DNA of 28,551 nt from Hyphomonadaceae bacterium (GTDB taxonomy: Bacteria; Pseudomonadota; Alphaproteobacteria; Caulobacterales; Hyphomonadaceae): positions 1 to 28,551 of the forward strand of contig JASGJW010000009.1 of the NCBI GenBank assembly GCA_047601145.1, written 5' to 3'. Positions within the stretch are counted from its first letter, which is position 1; every line of letters begins with the position of its first letter. Shown one piece after another: positions 1-7,557 of this stretch. A model generated the notes under the pieces. It was given only the letters and a program-made list of their open reading frames with translations, had not been told where the DNA came from and did no database searches. The position numbers and the translations under genes were made by a program.

Positions 1-195
1 GAACTCAAACTCCTTGGATCCGGTCGCGCGGGGCGAGTTGCTCTTGCGCGTTTCGAGCTGCGGGCCCTGGTCCTTGCCCATGACCACGTCGGCGTTGGTG
101 CCGGCCGAAGGCCCGCCGCATGCCTGAAGCGCAAGCGCCGCCAGAGCGCCCACCGTCGCCGTCGACAGCGCACGCCAGAACTTGTTGGTCCCCAC
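1..195 (-). CDS. lipoprotein, N-terminal 65 codons only; gene continues past window start
   Basis: GTG at 195-193 (minus strand) lies 5 nt after a GGAGGG Shine-Dalgarno. The translation MGTNKFWRALSTATVGALAALALQACGGPSAG... has a positive n-region, a hydrophobic h-region and a lipobox LQA-C. The frame is open through to position 1. It is absent from the ORF track because it is truncated by the window edge. Confidence 0.5.
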   Translation of the reverse strand, partial: MGTNKFWRALSTATVGALAALALQACGGPSAGTNADVVMGKDQGPQLETRKSNSPRATGSKEFEF

Positions 196-355
196 TTAGT
201 CCCTCCTGAGTCCCCAGCCCAATTTTTATCCCTGTGCGCGTTTACCTTATCGCAGGCACAGGGCCGCGGAAGGTGCGCAAGCCTTCAAGCTGCTGAAAAA
301 GTGGGAGTTGTTCGCCATCAACCGGCTGATCTATCAGCTGACGCAAAGCAAGCCG

Positions 356-430
356 TGGTGCCGCGTGAGGGGATTGAACCCCCGACCTTTGGTTTACAAA
401 ACCACTGCTCTACCGCTGAGCTAACGCGGC
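356..430 (-). tRNA. tRNA-Thr (anticodon UGU), CCA encoded
   Basis: The reverse complement reads GCCGCGT-TA-GCTC-AGCGGTAG-GAGC-A-GTGGT-TTTGTAA-ACCAA-AGGTC-GGGGG-TTCAATC-CCCTC-ACGCGGC-A-CCA. It has a 7-bp acceptor stem, the D-loop AGCGGTAG, U33 and A37 in the anticodon loop with TGT at positions 34-36, and the T-loop TTCAATC. Confidence 0.9.
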
Positions 431-908
431 CCTCGCGCGCCGACTACCCGCAAGGAACGCGACTGTCTACTGTCTCTTGTACGGGACTGTTCCTAAAGTA
501 CAATTCCAGTCGCCGAGGCGCATGCGGGTTTTTCCACGCAGAGCACGTCATCGCGCATGACCGCCGCACAAAAACGACGCTGGTTTCTGGCAATCCGGTA
601 GCGTTGTACGAAACTCACGTCCCTCGCGCACCGGACGACCGCGCCAGGTCGAGCGTGATCGAGATGCTGTGGGCGGGCGAGACGCTGTGGGCGAGAACAA
701 AACATAGCGTGCCACTTCATTAGCGCCGAGGAAGCCGGCGCAGACCACAGCGCGCCCCTAAGACCGCCCCGACGGCGCCATGTACAAAAGTCTGGATTTA
801 TCAAGCGTGTAGAGCGTAGCGCGCGCGGAGCGTTCTGAAAGCTACAAATATTTTCGCCGATCGTGTGACCCGATTTGCCGAGCTGGGACGCCATCAGAGG
901 TAAGACCA

Positions 909-1493
909 ATGGAGTCTCCTTTGATGCAAAGCCCTGTCGTCGACATCTCGCAGATCCCTCAGGCTTATTGGCCGCTCATCGACTGGCTGTTCACCGGCCT
1001 CATCGTCCTGGTCGTCCTCTGGATCGCTTCTACGGTCTTCATCGTTTTGCGCCGCAACGCGTCCGGACTTACACCGGTCCAGGCCGCCCGGATCAACAAG
1101 AACGCGCGTCCCGACTTCCTCGATGGCGATCAAAAGAAGCGCAAGGAGGCCCTGGAGCGGGGCGCCGCCTACGACCGCGAGCTTGAAAAGGCGGAAGCCG
1201 AAGAGCGTGAGGTCGAGCGCAGAAAATCCAAGGAGCCGCTCACGGCGACCCAGCGCCTGATGCGATTGTTGAGCCTCGTCATGGCGCTGTTCTCGCTTGC
1301 AACACTGATCGGCAGCGTGATCTTCCAGATTAACTACATCAGCGGCCTGCTGGAGCAGGCCTCGGCTGGCGACCAAATAATCCAGTTGGTTTTGCGCCAT
1401 CCAATCGGCGTCACGATCGCGGTCGTCGTCATCCTCTATCATGTCGTGACCTTCGTCACCGATAAGAAATGGAAGCCGGCCGAGCAGGTCTGA
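909..1493 (+). CDS. hypothetical integral membrane protein: 1 N-terminal TM, a charged coiled-coil loop, 2 C-terminal TM
   Basis: ATG at 909 with GAGG 8 nt upstream (alternative ATG at 924). The hydrophobic segments are LIDWLFTGLIVLVVLWIASTVFIVL, LLSLVMALFSLATLIGSVIF and PIGVTIAVVVILYHVVTFV. A KR/E-rich loop (KKRKEALERGAAYDRELEKAEAEEREVERRK) separates them. It is the first gene of the module. Confidence 0.6.
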   Translation: MESPLMQSPVVDISQIPQAYWPLIDWLFTGLIVLVVLWIASTVFIVLRRNASGLTPVQAARINKNARPDFLDGDQKKRKEALERGAAYDRELEKAEAEEREVERRKSKEPLTATQRLMRLLSLVMALFSLATLIGSVIFQINYISGLLEQASAGDQIIQLVLRHPIGVTIAVVVILYHVVTFVTDKKWKPAEQV

Positions 1494-1534
1494 TCCGCTC
1501 GCGCCGAATCCCTGACATTCCAGAAAGCTTCATC

Positions 1535-3133
1535 ATGTCCAGCAAGACCCTCCTTGTTAGCGATCCCTCGCTCGTCGCCGAGTTCGTGCGCCAGTCCGAA
1601 TTTCAGGGCATCCTGGAAAAGCGGTTCGCGGTGCCCGAAGATTATCTCGCCATCCTGTTCCGCAACGGCAAAATCGTGGACGCTTACAAGGGCGCTCACT
1701 TCTCCGTTGGCGGGCTTGTGAATTCCCTCAAGGGGATCATTGGCGGCTCAACCAGCATCGGGATGTTGATTGCTGACCTGAAACCATTCCAGGTCAGCCA
1801 GACATTCCGCGCCCTCTCGCAGGACAAGGTGGAGATCGTCGGCGTCGCCGCCATAGAACTTCAGCTGGACCCCGAACAGCCGCAGAATATTCTAGGCATG
1901 ATGTCGGGCCGCCGTTCGCTTTCGCGTGCGGACATTCTTGCTCGCATACGCCCGCACTTATCCGATCGCATTCTGGAAGCCGTCCTGGCGCGTCATGGCG
2001 CGCTGGAGATCCGCGGCAATACCGGCCTGCAGGATAAGATCCAGGCTGACATCATGAAGGAGGTTGAGCGCGTTGTTGGCGGTCTCGGCATCATTGTGAA
2101 CGCCGTATCGATGGAATGGGCGGTCAACGAAGTCGAGCGCAGCGCCATGGATAGCGCGGCGGCCGATCGGGCCGAAGCTGAACGTGAAGTTGCAATCAAG
2201 CGGGCGCTGCGCGAAGCCGAGCGCGTAAAGGATGCGACGGAATTCGCTATCCGCACCGATATAGACCAGAAGAAGTTCGCGCTGGTCAAGGAGCAAGAGC
2301 TTGCTCAGCTCATCCTCAACAAGGAGGTCGAGTTCGTGGACCTGCGCGAGGCGCACCAGCGTCGCCAGGAACTCGAGGTCATCGAGCACGAGGTCAAAAC
2401 ACTTCAGGCCGAACGCGAAGCGCGTTTCGAGAATGAACTGGCCGAAGCCCAGCAAATCCAGGATCTCACTCAGCGAAAGCTTGCGATCAAGAAAATCGAG
2501 CTGGAAATCGAGAAGATGGAGCGCCTGTCGCGCCTCGATCTGGAAAAGATCGAAGCCCTGACGCGCATCGAGATCAACCAAGCCTCTCAGGCCAGTGCGG
2601 CGCAGAATATCGCAACGCTCGCCGGGATCGAGCAGCAGCAGGATGAGCAACGCTCCAACTTGCGGGAAAAAGAAAAGCAGGCCCAACACGAGCGCGACAT
2701 CATCGCGACGAAAGTTGGCAACCAGGCAGAATACGACCTTCTGGCGCTCAAGGGAAAAATGACGCCCGAGCAACTGCTTGCGCAGCAGGCTGGGTTAAGC
2801 CCTGGCGTTGCCGCTGTTCTCGTGGAGCAGGCAAAAGCGCAATCTTCGTCCAAGGACGAAGTCATGCACATGATGCGTGAGCTGGTCGACGCGGCCAAGG
2901 AAGCGCGTGTTTCCTCTGAACAGCAAGCCAAGGCCATGTTCCAGATGGGTATGGACGGCGCGGTGGGAATCGCTTTTGGCGCAGGCGGCAAATCCGCCGC
3001 GCCGGCAACCGCCGCCGAAGCTGCCGGCCGCACGCCGGCTGCAGCTGTCGACATTGATTGCCCAAAGTGCGGCCGGACGAACGCGCCCAAAGCACGCTTC
3101 TGCGCCGGTTGTGGCCATCAGCTGCGGACCTGA
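1535..3133 (+). CDS. SPFH/band-7 (flotillin-like) protein without TM, with long E/A/R-rich coiled coil and C-terminal Cys4 zinc ribbon
   Basis: ATG at 1535 (MSSKTLLVSD). The N-terminal ~230 aa have SPFH-like features (GKIVDAYKGAHFSVGG ... DLKPFQVSQTFRALSQDKVEIVGVAAIELQLDPEQ). A ~250-aa heptad-rich EAxR/K segment follows, as in flotillin repeats. The protein ends with CPKCGRTNAPKARFCAGCGHQL. The stop at 3131-3133 lies 2 nt before the next ATG. The ORF track starts it at 1469 with a non-ATG codon. Confidence 0.65.
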   Translation: MSSKTLLVSDPSLVAEFVRQSEFQGILEKRFAVPEDYLAILFRNGKIVDAYKGAHFSVGGLVNSLKGIIGGSTSIGMLIADLKPFQVSQTFRALSQDKVEIVGVAAIELQLDPEQPQNILGMMSGRRSLSRADILARIRPHLSDRILEAVLARHGALEIRGNTGLQDKIQADIMKEVERVVGGLGIIVNAVSMEWAVNEVERSAMDSAAADRAEAEREVAIKRALREAERVKDATEFAIRTDIDQKKFALVKEQELAQLILNKEVEFVDLREAHQRRQELEVIEHEVKTLQAEREARFENELAEAQQIQDLTQRKLAIKKIELEIEKMERLSRLDLEKIEALTRIEINQASQASAAQNIATLAGIEQQQDEQRSNLREKEKQAQHERDIIATKVGNQAEYDLLALKGKMTPEQLLAQQAGLSPGVAAVLVEQAKAQSSSKDEVMHMMRELVDAAKEARVSSEQQAKAMFQMGMDGAVGIAFGAGGKSAAPATAAEAAGRTPAAAVDIDCPKCGRTNAPKARFCAGCGHQLRT

Positions 3134-3135
3134 TT

Positions 3136-4386
3136 ATGCCCGTTTCCGCTTCCCCCTCGGGCGCTGCGCTAGCCGACCTCAGCCATTTCGGGGTTTCCAG
3201 CCTCGTTGTGGATCACCTTCGGCCGAAATGCTGTCGGGCGAGTGCGCGTAGCTCTGCGGATGCGGCTTACTGCAACGAATGTGGAAACCTCATTCTACGT
3301 TGCGCAGCCTACGAGGAGTGCGGCGGTCTCGTTGATGAAACGGGTTTCTGCCCCTCCTGTTTCAACCTCGAGTCATTTCTCGATTCCGGCGCTGTTCGCC
3401 ACGCGAAGGTTGGCTCCTCGATGACGTTGCCGCTCATATTCCGCAATGCGGGCGGTCACGGGCGCGCGTTGTTTGCATCCGAGCTGTGGATCCGTCAGGG
3501 AGCGGGCGAGCGCGTACGCCAGCCGATTCCCTGGGAGCGGCTGAATGCGGGGCAAAGCGCATCATGGACGTTGCAGACGCAGCCCCTCCAGCAGACCGGC
3601 CGCCAGAGTTTCGAGGTTATTCTCGTCGTCGCCAGCCGTGCTCGTTGGCGCGAGGAAAAGTTCGCTCTTGCCGCAAACATGGAAATCGGCGTCGAGGACG
3701 ATGGTCGGGTCGTCGTAAATCAGACGATCAACGTGGCGGGCGGCGAAGTGGCAGGTGCGGGCCACACGGTCTACGCGCCGATCCGCATCGAGTCAGACAG
3801 CCGCAGCCACGTTCAGGAACAGGGCTCCAAAGATCCTTCCCCGCTTGCGCTTTCGCGGGCGGACGGCTTCGAGCGTGAGCGGCGCCTTCGTGGGACGACA
3901 CACGGTCTGGTCGACAGGACGGTCAAGCTCGAATGGAAGGGATTTTCCCCCGATGAGGCCGGTCCGCTCGGCCCTATCATAACGTCGGATGGAATGCTCG
4001 CGCTTGGCCGATCGCGCCTCAAGTCACAAGAGGGCGTAACCGACGTGCGCCTGACGGTTCGCGATGCCGCCGGCAGGCTCAACAGGGTTCTGAGCGAAGA
4101 GATTTCGCGCCGCCATATCGATCTGTTTGTTCAAAACGGCGCCCTTTGCGTACGGGCTTCGGGCAAGGCCGGTCTGAGAGTGAACGACCAGGGCCTGCGC
4201 CAGGGAGAAGTCATCGCCCTGGGGGATGGCGACCGTCTCGTCGTGTTGCCGCGCCGTCCCACGGCGCTGGCGCTGGACGTCCGCTTTGAAGTTCATCACG
4301 GCGTTGTCGAACTAGTGACGCTGACACGTGTGCCGGCCACGCCTGGCGAGGCCTCCTCAAACATTCGGATGAGAGCAGGATCATGA
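3136..4386 (+). CDS. zinc-ribbon / FHA-domain protein
   Basis: ATG at 3136 (MPVSASPSG). The N-terminus is Cys-rich (CNECGNLILRC ... CGGLVDETGFCPSC). The C-terminal ~100 aa match FHA hallmarks: LGRSRL..(G-R), SRRH (S-R-x-H), a NG..VN-type loop (SGKAGLRVNDQGL) and a GD..L motif (GEVIALGDGDRLVV). The stop TGA overlaps the next start (ATGA at 4383-4386). Confidence 0.6.
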   Translation: MPVSASPSGAALADLSHFGVSSLVVDHLRPKCCRASARSSADAAYCNECGNLILRCAAYEECGGLVDETGFCPSCFNLESFLDSGAVRHAKVGSSMTLPLIFRNAGGHGRALFASELWIRQGAGERVRQPIPWERLNAGQSASWTLQTQPLQQTGRQSFEVILVVASRARWREEKFALAANMEIGVEDDGRVVVNQTINVAGGEVAGAGHTVYAPIRIESDSRSHVQEQGSKDPSPLALSRADGFERERRLRGTTHGLVDRTVKLEWKGFSPDEAGPLGPIITSDGMLALGRSRLKSQEGVTDVRLTVRDAAGRLNRVLSEEISRRHIDLFVQNGALCVRASGKAGLRVNDQGLRQGEVIALGDGDRLVVLPRRPTALALDVRFEVHHGVVELVTLTRVPATPGEASSNIRMRAGS

Positions 4387-5957
4387 AGTGTCCGCATTGC
4401 TCCGTTGCGGTTCCCGAAGACGCGCGTTTCTGCCCCGAATGCGGCAAGCGCATAACCGGTGCGATGGCCGATGCTTCGGCGTCCATGTCGATGCAATCCG
4501 GTCCCGTGCTCACATTCGGCGGGTTGCAGACGATGGATGGGCCTTCCTCGCGCGCCTCCAGCACGGGTTCGACGGAGGCGTTGCTTGAGCCAGGCGATCT
4601 GTTCGCGGATCGCTACGAGATCAAAGCGGTTATTGGGGCAGGGGGGGCGGGCGTCGTCTATGCGGCGCGCGACAAGGTCACATCCGAAGACGTCGCGCTG
4701 AAACTTATCCGACCTGACCGCCTGCATGGGAGCGACGCCGTCTCGCGGCTGGTGCGCGAAGGCGTCACGGCTCGGGGCGTTCGCCACCCTAACGTGATCG
4801 CTGTCTATGACGTTGGAGAAGCTGATGGTCAGCCCTACATGTCGATGGAGCTGGCACAGGGACAATCCCTGAGATCGTGGAACCAGAAACGGCTTGCCGC
4901 GCGCCGTGACTGTTCGTTGAAGACAGCTGCGGTCATCGTGTCAGCGATCCTTGACGGCCTTGAGGCGGCTCACGCGAAAGGGATCGTCCACCGCGATCTC
5001 AAGCCTGAGAACGTGATCCTGACGAGCGAGCCGTCGGATGAGGGCGTCACTCTCAAGATACTTGATTTCGGCATCGCCATCGCGGTTGGCGCGACCACAG
5101 GAATATCGGGTTCCGGGCCTGCAGGCTCGATTGGTTACATGGCGCCTGAACAACTGACGGCCCCCGACACGGTCGGCCCCTCGGCGGACCTCTATTCCGT
5201 TTCGGTGATCTTCTACGAATTGCTGATGGATGCCCCGCCGCAGGGTCACTGGCAGCCGCCCAGCGGCGGGCGCTCTGGTATTTCAGCCGGAATTGACAGC
5301 TTGATCGAGAACAGCCTGTCAAACCGAGCGCGAAGCCGGCCGCAATCGGTTGCCGACTATCGCAAGGCTATGAAAGCCGCACTCGGCCCGATGGGCATGG
5401 TGGACTGGAAGACACTCTATCAGCCGCGTCGCAGCAAGTTGCCGACAAATATCCCAAAGTGGGTGTGGTGGACCGCGGGCATCATCATCGGCCTTAGCGT
5501 GATTGCTTACCTGATGGACGAGTATTCCGGCGCCAGCGGGGGCGACTATGATCAGTACGGTTCGGTGACGCCGGCGACGGCGGTTGGGACAGCGCCCGAG
5601 GGCGCCGTCAAGCAAACTGCCGTCACCGTCCCATCACAGAGGCCAGCTCCCTCGCGTCTTTCGGGTTCGTGGGACGACGGCGCCGGCTCGATCTGGCGGG
5701 TGAACGTCACCGATGGCGGGCAGGTTACCGGTCAGGCGACATCCGGAGCTGCGACGGGGATGGTCATGACGGGCGCCTTCGCCGGCGACCAGTTCAGTTT
5801 TCAGTCGGGCGTCAACGGCTATGGCGCGACGGTGCAGGGCCAAGGGCTCTTTGACGGCGGCTGCCACATCAATTTTCAGTCCTATGACGCTGGAACTGGC
5901 CTGACGTCGGCTGGGCAGATTCATGTCAATCACCCCGCAGGAGCGCCATGCCCATGA
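4383..5957 (+). CDS. Hanks-type Ser/Thr protein kinase: N-terminal zinc ribbon, kinase domain, single TM, extracytoplasmic Gly/Thr-rich domain
   Basis: MKCPHCSVAVPEDARFCPECGKRI is a zinc ribbon. Kinase motifs present: GAGGAGVVY (P-loop), VALK, HRDLKPENV, DFGIA and GYMAPE. The TM segment is WVWWTAGIIIGLSVIAYLM. A ~150-aa C-terminal domain lies outside the membrane. Confidence 0.8.
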   Translation: MKCPHCSVAVPEDARFCPECGKRITGAMADASASMSMQSGPVLTFGGLQTMDGPSSRASSTGSTEALLEPGDLFADRYEIKAVIGAGGAGVVYAARDKVTSEDVALKLIRPDRLHGSDAVSRLVREGVTARGVRHPNVIAVYDVGEADGQPYMSMELAQGQSLRSWNQKRLAARRDCSLKTAAVIVSAILDGLEAAHAKGIVHRDLKPENVILTSEPSDEGVTLKILDFGIAIAVGATTGISGSGPAGSIGYMAPEQLTAPDTVGPSADLYSVSVIFYELLMDAPPQGHWQPPSGGRSGISAGIDSLIENSLSNRARSRPQSVADYRKAMKAALGPMGMVDWKTLYQPRRSKLPTNIPKWVWWTAGIIIGLSVIAYLMDEYSGASGGDYDQYGSVTPATAVGTAPEGAVKQTAVTVPSQRPAPSRLSGSWDDGAGSIWRVNVTDGGQVTGQATSGAATGMVMTGAFAGDQFSFQSGVNGYGATVQGQGLFDGGCHINFQSYDAGTGLTSAGQIHVNHPAGAPCP

Positions 5958-6448
5958 TGCGCTCGCTCATCTTCCCTGGGCTGATTGTGCTCGTCGCCTG
6001 CGGTGAAGCTCCTTTCAAGGCGCCGCGACCGGAAGCGTCCGATCTAGACGGCGCTCCACCAAAATCGATCGCATTCCCCTCGGGAGACTGGACCGACGAT
6101 TACGGTGATTTGTGGAAGGCCTCTGTAGACGAGGGGAAAGTTTCCGCCGTCGCCTCCTGCGGTCCGCGACTTGGCTCGGTGCTTTCCGGCAACGTCGCGG
6201 AGGGCGTTCTCGACTGCAGGATCAGCGATGGCGCAGGCGCTGAGTACGCCGCGGGCCGCGCCCAGCTGATCAACGATCGACATGCGTTCTTCGAAACCCG
6301 CTTTAAGGACGGCAGCGCCACTTCCGAAGGCCTGCTGCACCTCCTTCATGATGCTCCCGTGCGAAAGTCCGGCCCAACCTCCTCGACAGCCTGCGTCGAA
6401 ATCCCGGTTCCCCCGCCGCTGGCGGCCCCGACAAATCCGACGCCCTGA
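5948..6448 (+). CDS. lipoprotein paralogous to the kinase extracytoplasmic domain
   Basis: ATG candidates at 5948, 5954 and 5957, overlapping the kinase stop. The signal peptide carries the lipobox LVA-C (MPMMRSLIFPGLIVLVACGE). SGDWTDDYGDLWKASVDEGKVSAVAS aligns with SGSWDDGAGSIWRVNVTDGGQVTGQAT in the kinase C-terminus. Confidence 0.6.
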   Translation: MPMMRSLIFPGLIVLVACGEAPFKAPRPEASDLDGAPPKSIAFPSGDWTDDYGDLWKASVDEGKVSAVASCGPRLGSVLSGNVAEGVLDCRISDGAGAEYAAGRAQLINDRHAFFETRFKDGSATSEGLLHLLHDAPVRKSGPTSSTACVEIPVPPPLAAPTNPTP

Positions 6449-6481
6449 GTTCAACCCTTTGCCACCCCAGCGGAGCGCGCC

Positions 6482-7444
6482 ATGAGTGAGATGTGGAAAT
6501 CCTATCGCCTCGATACCTGCTTGTTCGAGCCGCCCTCGATCCAGGCGCCCATCCTGCGCGCCACCGCCAGGATTTCAACGCTTCCGCCGCGTGTCGACCT
6601 GAGGCCGCTCTGTTCGAAGGTGGAAGACCAGGGTCAGGTTGGCTCCTGCGCGGCCAACGCCGTCGTTGGCGCGCTGGAGTATCATCAGCGCAAGGCCGGT
6701 CTCAACGTGACCGATCTTTCGCGACTGTTCGTCTACTACAACGCCAGAAATATGGCCAACAAGACTGCGGAAGACTGCGGCACGATGATCTCGCACGTGA
6801 TGGCCTCCGTCCTGGCCTTCGGCGCCTGCGAGGAGCGCTTGTGGCCATACATCGAAGCCATGTGGCCTGAAAAGCCGACACAGGCCTGCTATGGAAACGC
6901 GCTTCGCTATGAGGCGGTGTCTTATGCGCGCGCGCCTTTGGGCGATGCGTGCCTGATAGCCCTGGCGCAAGGCCTGCCGATCGTGTTCGGCACCTTCCTG
7001 CCGAGTGATTTCTATGGTGTCGCCGCGCAAACGGGTGTCGTGCCCGAGGTCAGCGAAAGCGTGGAGGCGCCAGGCGGAGGACACGCAATGCTGCTGGTGG
7101 GTTACGATCTGCCGACGCGCACCTGGCTGGTTCGCAACAGCTGGAGCGAGAAGTTTGCAGACCGGGGCTATTTCCGCATCCCTTTTTCAACGCTCAACAC
7201 CTATTCAATGCCTGATGGGTTCTGGACGATCGGAGCCATTGAAGTTCTCGAGGGCGTTCAGTTGCACGGTCTGGGCGTGCGGGAAGCGATGCGCGCTGCC
7301 AGCATGGCCGCCCCTAACGATGTCGAGAGCAGCCTCGAGCGGTTACGCAAGAATATCCGCAAGAAGCTGAACACTGATCTTGAAGAGAAGAGGAAAGACG
7401 TCCGTGACCGTTTGCGCGGCCCAGGTGTCGGAGGAGGCTACTAG
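6482..7444 (+). CDS. papain-like (family C1A-type) cysteine peptidase, no signal peptide, with C-terminal basic/coiled extension
   Basis: LPPRVDLRPLCSKVEDQGQVGSCAANAVV aligns with papain [31 protein letters not shown], with Gln19 and catalytic Cys25 conserved. GGHAMLLVGYD matches GGHAV..VGY, the catalytic His. VRNSWSEKFADRGYFRI matches the NSWG..WG..GY Asn motif. There is no N-terminal signal peptide, and the disulfide Cys22 equivalent is Val. Confidence 0.75.
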   Translation: MSEMWKSYRLDTCLFEPPSIQAPILRATARISTLPPRVDLRPLCSKVEDQGQVGSCAANAVVGALEYHQRKAGLNVTDLSRLFVYYNARNMANKTAEDCGTMISHVMASVLAFGACEERLWPYIEAMWPEKPTQACYGNALRYEAVSYARAPLGDACLIALAQGLPIVFGTFLPSDFYGVAAQTGVVPEVSESVEAPGGGHAMLLVGYDLPTRTWLVRNSWSEKFADRGYFRIPFSTLNTYSMPDGFWTIGAIEVLEGVQLHGLGVREAMRAASMAAPNDVESSLERLRKNIRKKLNTDLEEKRKDVRDRLRGPGVGGGY

Positions 7445-7557
7445 CCTTCCGAGCGAGCATGCCGGCAAGACAGAAACTGTATTCCCCCGCATCGTCAAAA
7501 ACGAGGAAGCGGGCCAAGACGCGGGCCAAGACAAGGAAGCGGACGAAAACGAGGAAT

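Noticed and set aside
301-723. 140-aa plus-strand ORF
   Set aside because: It runs straight through the tRNA-Thr gene on the opposite strand and has no Shine-Dalgarno. The tRNA call is far stronger.
1958-2773. 271-aa minus-strand ORF inside the SPFH gene
   Set aside because: It is antisense to the coiled-coil region. Leu/Asp-rich mirror translations are expected opposite EA-rich coding sequence.
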